A DNA stretch of 64,000 bases, from assembly GCA_044376115.1 (NCBI GenBank), contig JBILLK010000016.1, positions 154,830-218,829 of the forward strand. Direction: 5' to 3'. The position numbers and the translations under genes were made by a program. The stretch is from Polyangiaceae bacterium (lineage in GTDB: Bacteria > Myxococcota_A > Polyangia > Polyangiales > Polyangiaceae). This document shows, piece after piece, positions 47,635-56,738 of this stretch (positions are counted from its first letter, which is position 1; each line of letters starts with the position of its first letter). The notes below the pieces were generated by a model. The model searched no databases. It saw only the letters and a list, made by a program, of their open reading frames with translations, and was not told the origin of the DNA.

Positions 47635-49100
47635 TCGGTGCAGCCTTGGGGTTCTAGTCGCCATAGGCCATCCGCACCGAGCCTCTTTTCGCAAGCGACA
47701 GGCGACGGAGTGTCCGTTGCGGATCCGCTGGCTGTAGCGGTCGGCTCGCGCCGTGGAGCTTGCGCAGTTGGCTTCGGGTTCGCACTGGCGACGGCACTGG
47801 GAGTGGCCGTTTGGGTGGCGACTTGCGTCGGTTGGTCGACGGGCTCGACGCGGGGAGAGGGCTCGAGGGGCGCAGCGCCGCTGGGAATTGTTGCACGTGC
47901 GCTGGCCGCTTGCACGACGATTGGTGGAGCGGCAGGAGGCGCGCGTAAGGAGTTTGCAGCGAGCGATACGACCGTCGCGATGGCCGCGCCAGCCGTTAAC
48001 AGCAGGAGCCCTGCTGGCCAACGCCGCAAGCTCTCCCTGCGCGACGGGCCCGTCACGTTCGCGCTTGAGACTTCTTCGGGATCGGGTTGGCCGGCTCCAA
48101 GGGCAGCCGCGGGGAGCCCAGCGTTGGCTTGCTCGATGCGAGCGACGAGCTGAGCCTTTGCATGCAGCGAGGGGCCCGCGAGTCCTTCGACCCAGCTCCC
48201 GATTTGTGTTGGCGTCGCAAAGGGCTGCACGCGCTCGAGCCACTGCGCGAACTCCCGTGCGCTTTGTAACCGTTGGGCTGGGTTGCGGGCCAAGGCGCGC
48301 AACAGAACCGTCTCGAGCTCCGGTGAGAGTTGCGGAGCTACCTCCCGCAGCTTGGGGATCGGGCCGTTCGCCACGTTGAGGATGGTCTGCGCTTCATTGC
48401 TGCCGAGGAAGAGCCGCCGCCCGGTGAGTAGCTCCCACAGTACAGTGCCTGCCGCGAAGATGTCGGTGCGATGATCCACCGGCTGGCCCGCAACTTGTTC
48501 AGGAGACATGTAAGCGAGCTTGCCCTTGAGCAAGCCTGCCTCGGTCGTGCTGCTCAATCGGTTCCGGGCTTTGGCCACGCCAAAGTCGAGTAGCCGCGGG
48601 TGCCCATCTCGACCGACGATCACGTTTTGCGGGGAGACGTCGCGATGCACGATGCAGAGCTGCTCGCCTCGTTCACTCACGGCCTCATGAGCTGCTTGGA
48701 GACCATGCAGCATTCCGCTCACCAGCGCACAAGCAATGGCCGGCGGGATCGGCGCTGCAATCGTCTCAGCGAGCCGCGCAAGGGATTCCCCAGCGACGTA
48801 CTCCATGACGACGAAGACCTCGCCGTCAACCTGCACCGTGTCCAGGCAGCCAACCACGTTGGGGTGTTGGATGCGCGAGACGAGCCGCGCCTCATCGATC
48901 AAGCTGCGCAGGATCTCCTCGGATTGCGCAAACTGCTCGCGCAAGCGCTTGATCGCCACGATGCGGCCGAAGCCTCCTTCACCGATGAGGCGGCCGAAGT
49001 GCACCGTGGCCATTCCCCCGGAGGCGATCGGCCCGAACATCAGGTAACGCCCAACCCGACGCGGTGCCTCGGTTTGATTCAGCTCTGGCGCCCCGCTCAC
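47631..49100 (-). CDS. Ser/Thr protein kinase with TM helix
   Basis: ASGGMA, VAIK, HRDVSPQN, DFG, KGKLAYMSPEQ; start uncertain. Confidence 0.93.
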   Translation of the reverse strand: MSGAPELNQTEAPRRVGRYLMFGPIASGGMATVHFGRLIGEGGFGRIVAIKRLREQFAQSEEILRSLIDEARLVSRIQHPNVVGCLDTVQVDGEVFVVMEYVAGESLARLAETIAAPIPPAIACALVSGMLHGLQAAHEAVSERGEQLCIVHRDVSPQNVIVGRDGHPRLLDFGVAKARNRLSSTTEAGLLKGKLAYMSPEQVAGQPVDHRTDIFAAGTVLWELLTGRRLFLGSNEAQTILNVANGPIPKLREVAPQLSPELETVLLRALARNPAQRLQSAREFAQWLERVQPFATPTQIGSWVEGLAGPSLHAKAQLVARIEQANAGLPAAALGAGQPDPEEVSSANVTGPSRRESLRRWPAGLLLLTAGAAIATVVSLAANSLRAPPAAPPIVVQAASARATIPSGAAPLEPSPRVEPVDQPTQVATQTATPSAVASANPKPTAQAPRREPTATASGSATDTPSPVACEKRLGADGLWRLEPQGCTE

Positions 49101-49219
49101 GGCCCCGAGTGTACGGCGCACGGCTTGCGCCTCCAAGGCTGAAGTCCGGCTAGAACACGAAGAACGCGCTCCTCGGAGATCGGGTCTCACCGTTGCGAGT
49201 AAGCAGGTAGCCTGGGGGT

Positions 49220-50371
49220 GTGATGCACAAGGTAGCGGTGGCAGCGTTGTTGCTGCTGGGATGCGAGAGCGCGACCAGTGGCGTCGGTGGTAGTTCGCCA
49301 AGCGGCACGGGAGGTCAGGCCGGTGCGACAACCAGCTCTACGGGCGGTCAAGGCGGCATGGCGCTGACCTCGAGCTCGAGCGGCGGCGGTGAGGGAGCCG
49401 CGGGCGGCGGAGCCGTTTTGTCAAACGTTCACCTCGTAGGTCGCTACGATGTAGAGACCTCCTCCTCGCCCCGCGCGACCTGGTCGGGTGCAAGTGCCCT
49501 CGCCACGATGATGGGGCCCTCCGCCGCGGTACGTCTTTCAGCTCCAGCCGGCTTGTGGTTCGAGATCGTGATCGACGGGCAATCCGTTGGGCGCTTCGAG
49601 ACGGTGGCTGGAGAGGCGACCTATCCGCTGGCGGAGGCGTTGCCTAGCGGCCCCCATACGGTCGAGATTTCTCGCCGCAATGAAGGGTTCTTTGGCATCC
49701 ATGAGTTCCTCGGCTTCGAGCCGGCGAGCGCGATTGTAATGAGCCCATCGCCCTACAAGGTTCAGCTCGAGTTTATCGGTGATTCGCTGACCTGCGGCTA
49801 CGGCATCGAGGGCGCTAGCGCAAACTGCAGCTTCTCTGGCGCGACCGAGTCCGCCTATTCCTCCTATGCACTCGTCGCAGCTCGAGAGCTTTCAGCTGCG
49901 GCTCACCTAATTTGCTATTCAGGGAAAGGCGTTCATCAGAATTATGGCGGAAACACCGGCGAGATGATGCCGGAGCTTTATCCACGGACGCTGACGGGAA
50001 ATGCCACTCCCGTCTGGGCGCCCGAGCAGTTTGCCGCAGAGGTCGTAGTTATCAATCTAGGGACGAATGACTTCTCCGCAGCGCTCGATGAGTCGGCGTT
50101 CGTGGAGGACTACGTTGCGTTGCTCAACACCGCGCGCGCGCGCCACCCGCAGTCCTACCTGCTCGGTATCACCTGGGCTCACTGGGGAGCTTCGAAGGAA
50201 GCCTTGGTGGAGGATGCCTTCGCCGCACTCGCGGACGGTAACTCAGGCACGCTCGGCTTTGCGATCGATCCGGCGGATGGGCTTGGTTGTGATTACCACA
50301 CCAACGTCGTTACGAATCAAAAGCTGGGTCTACTCTTGGCCAGCACTCTGCAGCAGCGCCTAGGTCTCTAG
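49220..50371 (+). CDS. SGNH/GDSL esterase lipoprotein (CE2-like)
   Basis: FIGDSLTCGYG, SGKG, NLGTND, DYH; lipobox LLGC. Confidence 0.88.
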   Translation: MMHKVAVAALLLLGCESATSGVGGSSPSGTGGQAGATTSSTGGQGGMALTSSSSGGGEGAAGGGAVLSNVHLVGRYDVETSSSPRATWSGASALATMMGPSAAVRLSAPAGLWFEIVIDGQSVGRFETVAGEATYPLAEALPSGPHTVEISRRNEGFFGIHEFLGFEPASAIVMSPSPYKVQLEFIGDSLTCGYGIEGASANCSFSGATESAYSSYALVAARELSAAAHLICYSGKGVHQNYGGNTGEMMPELYPRTLTGNATPVWAPEQFAAEVVVINLGTNDFSAALDESAFVEDYVALLNTARARHPQSYLLGITWAHWGASKEALVEDAFAALADGNSGTLGFAIDPADGLGCDYHTNVVTNQKLGLLLASTLQQRLGL

Positions 50372-50387
50372 CGGCTCGTTCTGGGAG

Positions 50388-51671
50388 CTAGTCGTCCTCG
50401 TCCTTTTTCTTCTTCTTGCGTTTGTCCTTCTCCTTCTTCTTGTCCTTGCCAGGCTTGCCGGTGGGCGGCGGCTGCTTCGAGGGGGCCATCTCGCTCGGTT
50501 CCGATGGCGGTACCCAAGCTTCGGCGCTCGGGCGGGCGCTCGCGCGTGACGCAGCGGGCTCTTCGCTTTCTTCGGATTCGACGCGCTCACTCGCCGACTC
50601 GCTAGTGGCCCAGCTGGCGGAGATTCCGACCCATAACAGCAGCGGAAGTAGTGCAGCTGCGAGTCCGCCGGCGACGATCCATACGACAGCCCGTCGACGT
50701 GGGTTCTGAGGCTTCGCTTCGACAGCCGCCAACGTCGGGGCAAACTCTGCTTGGTGGCGCACGCTCGAATGAGCGCTCACCGCGGCAATGATTTGCGGGC
50801 CTTGTTGCGCGGCCCCCATCCATTGTTGCAGCGCGTCCCGCAAAGCGTCTGCATCCGGGAACCGCTGCGCGGCATCAAAGGCCAAGGCCTTATCAACGAT
50901 GCCTGCGAGTTGGGGGCTCACCTGGGGAGCAACTGAGGCTAGCGGCGGGGCCGGTGTGGTACCCATCTTGATGAGCAGCTCGGCGTCGGAGGCTGCTTCA
51001 TGTAACCGGCGTTGGCTCAGCAGTCGGAACATGCATGCTCCTACTGCGAATATGTCGGCACGCCCGTCGATGGAGCGACCCTGGATCTGCTCGGGGGACA
51101 TATAGGAGGTCGTACCGAGCATTGCCCCGGTGCGAGTGTGAATGCCCTCTCCGCCTTCGCGCATGCGCGCAATGCCGAAATCGAGCACGAGCGTGCGCCC
51201 ATCGGTGCAGGCAAAGAGGTTATCGAGCTTGATGTCGCGATGAACGATCCCCATGCGATGGGCGGCCGACAATACGTCGAGCACGGGTAACATGAGGTCG
51301 ATCACCTCACGCTCGGTCGAAGGTCCGCGCTGGTTGCGATCGGCCAGTGATTCGCCTTCGAGCAGCTCCATCGCAAGGAGCGGTCTGCCGTCCTCCGTCG
51401 TATCCAGATCGTGGATTTTGGCGGTGCCGGGGTGACCCAGCTTGTTGACCGCCATGGCCTCCTGCTCGAAGCGGGCGCGCAGCTCCTTGGAGACCGCGAC
51501 ATGTGCGTGCAGGATTTTGAGCGCATCGCGCCGTCCCATGCGGTGGGTTGCGGCGTAGACGGCCGCCATACCGCCGATGCCGATGAGCTGGTCGACCTTC
51601 CATTTGCCGCGAATCGATGTCCCGATTCGCTTGCGACAGCGCTCCACCTCTTCGGCGTCTTCACCCATCAT
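50388..51671 (-). CDS. Ser/Thr protein kinase with TM helix and Lys-rich tail
   Basis: GIGGMA, HRDIKLDN, DFG, YMSPEQ. Confidence 0.94.
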   Translation of the reverse strand: MMGEDAEEVERCRKRIGTSIRGKWKVDQLIGIGGMAAVYAATHRMGRRDALKILHAHVAVSKELRARFEQEAMAVNKLGHPGTAKIHDLDTTEDGRPLLAMELLEGESLADRNQRGPSTEREVIDLMLPVLDVLSAAHRMGIVHRDIKLDNLFACTDGRTLVLDFGIARMREGGEGIHTRTGAMLGTTSYMSPEQIQGRSIDGRADIFAVGACMFRLLSQRRLHEAASDAELLIKMGTTPAPPLASVAPQVSPQLAGIVDKALAFDAAQRFPDADALRDALQQWMGAAQQGPQIIAAVSAHSSVRHQAEFAPTLAAVEAKPQNPRRRAVVWIVAGGLAAALLPLLLWVGISASWATSESASERVESEESEEPAASRASARPSAEAWVPPSEPSEMAPSKQPPPTGKPGKDKKKEKDKRKKKKKDEDD

Positions 51672-52570
51672 AGGTTCTCGGCCAAGCGAATGAGGTGCAG
51701 GTCTCTACGTAGGGAGGCCACGTCTTGGTAGCGGTTCTCCTTCGCCTTGCGCAAGCAGCGGTCCACCACGCTAATGAGCAATGAAGGAACCTTCACGCCG
51801 GAGCTAGCAAGCGACGGGGCCTCTTGGGTTGCTGCTGCGATCAGCAAGGCCGCATCGCTGAGGCCAGCGTGCAACGGGCGCCCGCTAAGCGCGTGAAAGA
51901 GCGTTGCACCAAGCCCGTAGATATCTGTGCGGCCATCTACCTCATTGACCCGGCCCAGCGCCTGCTCGGGCGCCATATAGTTACCGCTGCCGATCACGGT
52001 ACCGGTTTTGGTCTTTACTCGCTCGGGTAGCGCCATCCCGTCTGGGAGTCCGCCGAGCAAGCGTGCGACGCCAAAGTCCAATAACTTTACCTCCCCGGTT
52101 TTGAGCAACACGATGTTCTCGGGTTTGATGTCGCGGTGGATAATGCCGTGGGAGTGGGCCACCACCAGCACGTCAAGCACTACCTCGGCAACTCGAAGCG
52201 CGTTGGCCGGGAGCATCACGCCATACTGATTAATCGCGTCAAACAAGGTTTGGCCGTCAAGGAACTCCATCGCAAGATAGGCGCCGCCTTCAGGCGTGCT
52301 TCCGGCCTCGAACACCTGCGGCAGACCGCGGCACAGTGGGGCCACCAAGGCCAACGCACTTCCGATTGGACCTTCGAGCAAAAAGCGAGACCTGATCTCA
52401 CCGATCTCCGCCCAATACGGATGCAGCACCTTCACCGCCGCGAGCACGCCGTCACCGCGGCGGCCCGCGTAAACACTGGCCATGCCGCCAACGCCGAGCA
52501 GCCGTTCGAGTCGCCACACTCCAACAGCCGTCCCAATGCGCGCACGGGCAAGTTCCTCCTCGGCGTCCAT
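51668..52570 (-). CDS. Ser/Thr protein kinase (kinase domain only)
   Basis: GVGGMA, AVK, HRDIKPEN, DFG, YMAPEQ. Confidence 0.93.
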   Translation of the reverse strand: MDAEEELARARIGTAVGVWRLERLLGVGGMASVYAGRRGDGVLAAVKVLHPYWAEIGEIRSRFLLEGPIGSALALVAPLCRGLPQVFEAGSTPEGGAYLAMEFLDGQTLFDAINQYGVMLPANALRVAEVVLDVLVVAHSHGIIHRDIKPENIVLLKTGEVKLLDFGVARLLGGLPDGMALPERVKTKTGTVIGSGNYMAPEQALGRVNEVDGRTDIYGLGATLFHALSGRPLHAGLSDAALLIAAATQEAPSLASSGVKVPSLLISVVDRCLRKAKENRYQDVASLRRDLHLIRLAENL

Positions 52571-52628
52571 GGCAGCTAGAGCTATCACAGACCGGTCTGT
52601 GCGCGAGGCCTCGCCTCGCCCTACGCGC

Positions 52629-53963
52629 TCAAGACCTACTGGTAGGCAGGCCGGCGACCAACCAAGCGTCGAGCCCACCCGCCACGCTCTTCACGTTTCT
52701 GTAGCCCTGCGCCTTGAGTAGCAGCATTCCATGGAGCGAGCGCTCACCCACCTTGCACACCGTCAGGATCTGCGTGTCTTTGTCCTCCGATAATAGCGCG
52801 GGCTCACCCTTCGCGAGCTCGGCCAGCGGGATATTGAGCGCTCCTCGAGGGTGCTGCTTTTCGTACTCCTCGAGCGAGCGCACATCCACTAACGAGCTAT
52901 TGCGCGTCTGTTCGAGAAACGTGTGTGCAGCTTGGGCGTCGAGGACGTCGCCAGACTTTCGCGCCAAGTCGATGATCGAGGCGAGCGGCCCCGCCAGCGA
53001 GGCTTGCTGCGGCTTGCCCGGGAAAAGCGAGGGCAGGTGCTTGCGAATGGAGGACGAATACTTGAACGCGTCATCGCAGAAGATCACCACGGCGACCACC
53101 CCAGGCTCGTCCGGAATGGTACGTAAAGCGCCAGCCAAGCCCATCCCCGAGCTGGGCCCAGCGATGATGCTCTCCTCCTGGTTCAGCCTTCTGCACATCT
53201 CATAAGCATCGGCGTTTGATACTTCGACCAAGCCGTCATACTCGGCTGGAGCAAAGATGGCCGTCTGCTCGAGTTGTTTGAGCGCGCGCACCCCTGGGAT
53301 GTCGTGCCCAGCTGCAGGGTGAACGCCGTAGACCTTCACGCTGCTGTCTTGCTGTTTGAGAAACCTGCCCGTGCCGGTCACCGTGCCGCAGGTCCCCAGG
53401 CTGGCGAAGAAGTGAGTGATCTCCCCGCCGGTTTGGCGCCAGATCTCGGGCCCCGTGGTGCGGAAGTGTGCCTCCGGGTTGGCCGGGTTCTTGTACTGAT
53501 TGAGGTGGAAGCTGCCCTGCTCGTTGCCCAGCTCTGCAGCTTTGGCGATCGCTCCCTCCGGGGCCCCCGGTGCAGGACACAAGTCGTCCTCCAACTCGAA
53601 TAGCTGCGTACCGAACAAGCGCAACGAGTCACGCTTCTCCTGCGGCACCTTATTGGAGACCGTGGCGGTAAAGCGGTAGCCCTTCGCGTTGGCGATCATC
53701 GCCAGCGCCATACCGGTGTTGCCGGAGGTGGGCTCGACGAGCCGCGTATCCGGCCCGAGTTGGCCGCGCGCCTCCGCGTCGAGCACGAGGTTTGCGGCCA
53801 CTCGGTCCTTCACCGCGCCGAATGGGTTGAACCACTCGAGTTTGCCGTAAACGACAGCGTGCTTGAAGTTGACTACGCGGTTGAGCCGCACCAACGGGGT
53901 AGGGTTGTCCACGTTGGCAGCGAGCTCGAGGATGTTGGAGTAGACGCGCCTCTGATGGTCCAT
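52629..53963 (-). CDS. PLP-dependent cysteine synthase-family protein fused to a rhodanese domain
   Basis: KLEWFNPFGAVKDR, EPTSGNTG, GTCGT, GPSSG; C-terminal DVRS..EY..HPRGA, CKVGERS, GGLDAW. Confidence 0.9.
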   Translation of the reverse strand: MDHQRRVYSNILELAANVDNPTPLVRLNRVVNFKHAVVYGKLEWFNPFGAVKDRVAANLVLDAEARGQLGPDTRLVEPTSGNTGMALAMIANAKGYRFTATVSNKVPQEKRDSLRLFGTQLFELEDDLCPAPGAPEGAIAKAAELGNEQGSFHLNQYKNPANPEAHFRTTGPEIWRQTGGEITHFFASLGTCGTVTGTGRFLKQQDSSVKVYGVHPAAGHDIPGVRALKQLEQTAIFAPAEYDGLVEVSNADAYEMCRRLNQEESIIAGPSSGMGLAGALRTIPDEPGVVAVVIFCDDAFKYSSSIRKHLPSLFPGKPQQASLAGPLASIIDLARKSGDVLDAQAAHTFLEQTRNSSLVDVRSLEEYEKQHPRGALNIPLAELAKGEPALLSEDKDTQILTVCKVGERSLHGMLLLKAQGYRNVKSVAGGLDAWLVAGLPTSRS

Positions 53964-54035
53964 GGTCAAGAACGACGATGGCACAACTGGGCCGTCTGTT
54001 GTAGAGGATATGTGTCCTATATGTAAGAGTAGGCC

Positions 54036-55703
54036 TCAGTCGATACCCAAGCTGCGTTTGACCCGGCTGCGTAGCAGCGGCACCGGCGGTGCCCCGTGTG
54101 AGAGCAGCGCGTCGTGGAACTTGCGGGCATCGTAGTTCGCGCCGAGGGCCGCCTTGACCTCCTCGCGTAGCTTGAGGATCTGCAGCTTGCCGAGCGTGTA
54201 GGCGAAGTAGCCCGGATCAAAGGTCCCGCGCAGCGCCTGTTGCTTGGCCGTCGCACGGTCCTGAAAGCAGTCATTGACGAAGCGGTCTTCAGCCTGCGCC
54301 AGCGTCATCCCCTTGGTGTGGAGGCCAATCGACGCGACGAAGCGACAATTGCGAAGAAGCGCGTCGCCCAATTGACCAAGTCGCACCTCGGGCGTGTCGC
54401 CACCGAACCCTTCCTCCACCATCAGCTGCTCGGTGTAGTGAGCCCAGCCCTCCACAAAGGAGTAGCTGCCCAGCATTTGCTGCGCCCTCGTCGGGGCGCG
54501 ACGAATCCACTGACCGTGCAAGAAGTGACCGGGGAATACCTCATGAACGCTGGTGGCGAGCAAGGTGCCGTGGGACATGACGTAGTCGTCTTGCTCTTGT
54601 TGCGGCCAGCTCGGGTTGGGCAGAGTAATGTAGTAGTAAGCCGCTAGGTCCGGCCGGTCGAACGGACCTGGGCCATCAAGAAAGGCGCTATTCCACTGCA
54701 TGAATGGCGGGGTCTCTTTGACCTCGATCTTGCCGTCGGGCCGGAGCGTGACCAGGCCCTTTTGCTCGAGAAATGCCTTGGCGTCGAAGGTGAGGCGAGT
54801 AGCGGTTTGTAGCAACTCTGAGACCTTCGGCTTGGTCTCTTTGGCTTTGCCGCGCAGCTCTTGATAGGCGGCCTTGTTACGCTGCAGATCGGCTTCGGCC
54901 ATCTGCTCAAACTCGGCGAGTGGCAGCTCGAGCGCCTCTTGCACTGCTAATAGGCGTTGGTACTTCTCCACCCCCATTGCGTAGCTCTGGTCTGCTCGAG
55001 GCAACTCAACTTGCTCGAGGTGGTCGGCGACCGCGGTGGCCTCGCGAGCGAGTGCTTGCACCGACGCGATGGCGTCGGCCTTGAGCTTTGGGTCTTCGAC
55101 TGGCTGGAGCAGCTTCACCACGTCACCGCCCAAGTACTCGGCGTAGCCGCGATAGATACCTATGTCGGTCTTGACGAAGGACTCGGGCAGCGGACCTTTG
55201 AGGTTCTTCTTGATGTGAGCCGTCTGCGGAAGCGCAGCCTGCACATGCGCGAGCAGTCGCGCTGCGCGCACGTCCAAAGGGGCATAGTCGCGGGTCAGGT
55301 AGCTCTCGACGCTAAACAATTCATCGTAAAACTGAGGTCGGCGCTGCCAGCTCTTGAGCTCCTGGAGTTGAAAGAGCTCTTCGGCGACGGCCAGCCGAAG
55401 TAGCTCGAGGTCCAGCTGACCGTTGCTATCCAGTTGCTTCGGATCCAATGCCGCGAGGTCCGAGTTGGCCTTCTCGAGCAAGGCGATGCGGGTCTTGATG
55501 CCGGCCTCGGAGTAATCCCCGACCTTGCCGTCGAACTGCTCACGGAGCCCAAGACTGCGTCCCACTGCCGGTTTTTGCACAACGGCCGTGAGCACTTGCT
55601 CGAGGTTGGTCACCTGAGCTGTTTGAGCGGTAGGGACGTTCTGCGGAGCGGAAGGCGCACACGAAGAGAGCAGAGCCGCGCCAAGGAGCCAAACGATTCG
55701 CAT
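54036..55703 (-). CDS. DUF885 family lipoprotein
   Basis: HEVFPGHFLH, FVEGWAHYTE, YTLGKLQI, FHDALL. Confidence 0.92.
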   Translation of the reverse strand: MRIVWLLGAALLSSCAPSAPQNVPTAQTAQVTNLEQVLTAVVQKPAVGRSLGLREQFDGKVGDYSEAGIKTRIALLEKANSDLAALDPKQLDSNGQLDLELLRLAVAEELFQLQELKSWQRRPQFYDELFSVESYLTRDYAPLDVRAARLLAHVQAALPQTAHIKKNLKGPLPESFVKTDIGIYRGYAEYLGGDVVKLLQPVEDPKLKADAIASVQALAREATAVADHLEQVELPRADQSYAMGVEKYQRLLAVQEALELPLAEFEQMAEADLQRNKAAYQELRGKAKETKPKVSELLQTATRLTFDAKAFLEQKGLVTLRPDGKIEVKETPPFMQWNSAFLDGPGPFDRPDLAAYYYITLPNPSWPQQEQDDYVMSHGTLLATSVHEVFPGHFLHGQWIRRAPTRAQQMLGSYSFVEGWAHYTEQLMVEEGFGGDTPEVRLGQLGDALLRNCRFVASIGLHTKGMTLAQAEDRFVNDCFQDRATAKQQALRGTFDPGYFAYTLGKLQILKLREEVKAALGANYDARKFHDALLSHGAPPVPLLRSRVKRSLGID

Positions 55704-55763
55704 GGCTCGCTGTAGTCCAGGCGGTGCAGCCGCGCCAAGTCAAAGCTCCACGGCCAATCTGGG

Positions 55764-56381
55764 CTACTCGCTAGTTCGGTACCAGGGGCGCACATCAACC
55801 GCGAGCATTCCGGCCCGGCGAAGGGCCTCGAGGCCGAGCTCGGCGTCTTCGAAGCCGACGCAGTGCGCGGGAGCCACGCCGATTCGCCGAGCCGCCTCGA
55901 GAAAGACGTCGGGGGCGGGCTTGTGACGTACGGTGTCCTCGGCGCAAACGATGGCGTCGAACCAATCGAGGATGCCAAGGGCGTCCAACGTCTTTTGCAC
56001 GACCGTTCGCTGCCCTCCGCTTGCGACGGCGAGCGGGAGCTTGCCGCGATAGTTTGCGGCGACCTGCACGACGGCCTCCACCGGAGCGACCTGCGCCAGT
56101 TGCAGCAGATAGTAATGCTCCTTCTCTTGGACCATCTGCGCTTCATCCTCGAGGACGACCGCTTGTTCACGAGCCAACAGACGAATGATGTTCTCGGTGG
56201 GGATGCCCGCGAGCTCATAGAACTGCTGCAGCGAGAAGGTCAACCCGTGCTGGCTGAGCATTTGCGACCAGGAAAGGTAGTGTGCCGGCATGGTGTCCGC
56301 GAGGGTCCCGTCGCAGTCGAAGATCAAGCCTCGGCAACCGTCAGGGGCGTAAAAGCTCAGGCTGCTCTCTCGCTCTTCCAC
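55764..56381 (-). CDS. HAD-family phosphatase (beta-PGM/YqaB-like)
   Basis: FDCDGTLADT, VASGG, KPAPD, FEDA. Confidence 0.92.
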   Translation of the reverse strand: MEERESSLSFYAPDGCRGLIFDCDGTLADTMPAHYLSWSQMLSQHGLTFSLQQFYELAGIPTENIIRLLAREQAVVLEDEAQMVQEKEHYYLLQLAQVAPVEAVVQVAANYRGKLPLAVASGGQRTVVQKTLDALGILDWFDAIVCAEDTVRHKPAPDVFLEAARRIGVAPAHCVGFEDAELGLEALRRAGMLAVDVRPWYRTSE

Positions 56382-56386
56382 GCGAC

Positions 56387-56719
56387 TCAGTTCTCCATCA
56401 ATTCGAGCACCACGCGGCCCCGATCACCCTCGGCGCCACGCTCTACCTCGGTGACGCGATACGTCTTGCCGCCGATCACGAGGTCATCCCCCTCGGAGAT
56501 GAGGTGTTTCTGAATCGTCTTGCTGGCGGTGTCATGGACGAGCAGCGTCGCAAACTCGATCGAGACACGTTTGCCTTTGCGAAACTGCTTCGTCTCGGTG
56601 ACGGCGCTCACGCCGACAGGAATGTTGCCGATCTTGTCATTGGTGAGCTCTCTCAAGATAATCTCGCTGCCGCCTGCGCCGCAGCTGGTGACGAGTAGAA
56701 GGGCCAACAATCGAAGCAT
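56387..56719 (-). CDS. Small putative lipoprotein
   Basis: MLRLLALLLVTSC lipobox. Confidence 0.65.
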   Translation of the reverse strand: MLRLLALLLVTSCGAGGSEIILRELTNDKIGNIPVGVSAVTETKQFRKGKRVSIEFATLLVHDTASKTIQKHLISEGDDLVIGGKTYRVTEVERGAEGDRGRVVLELMEN

Positions 56720-56738
56720 GAGGGCAACGCTACTACGG

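Noticed and set aside
56081..56095. GGAGCGAC match to the REP arm
   Set aside because: Short match inside the HAD phosphatase CDS with no complementary arm.
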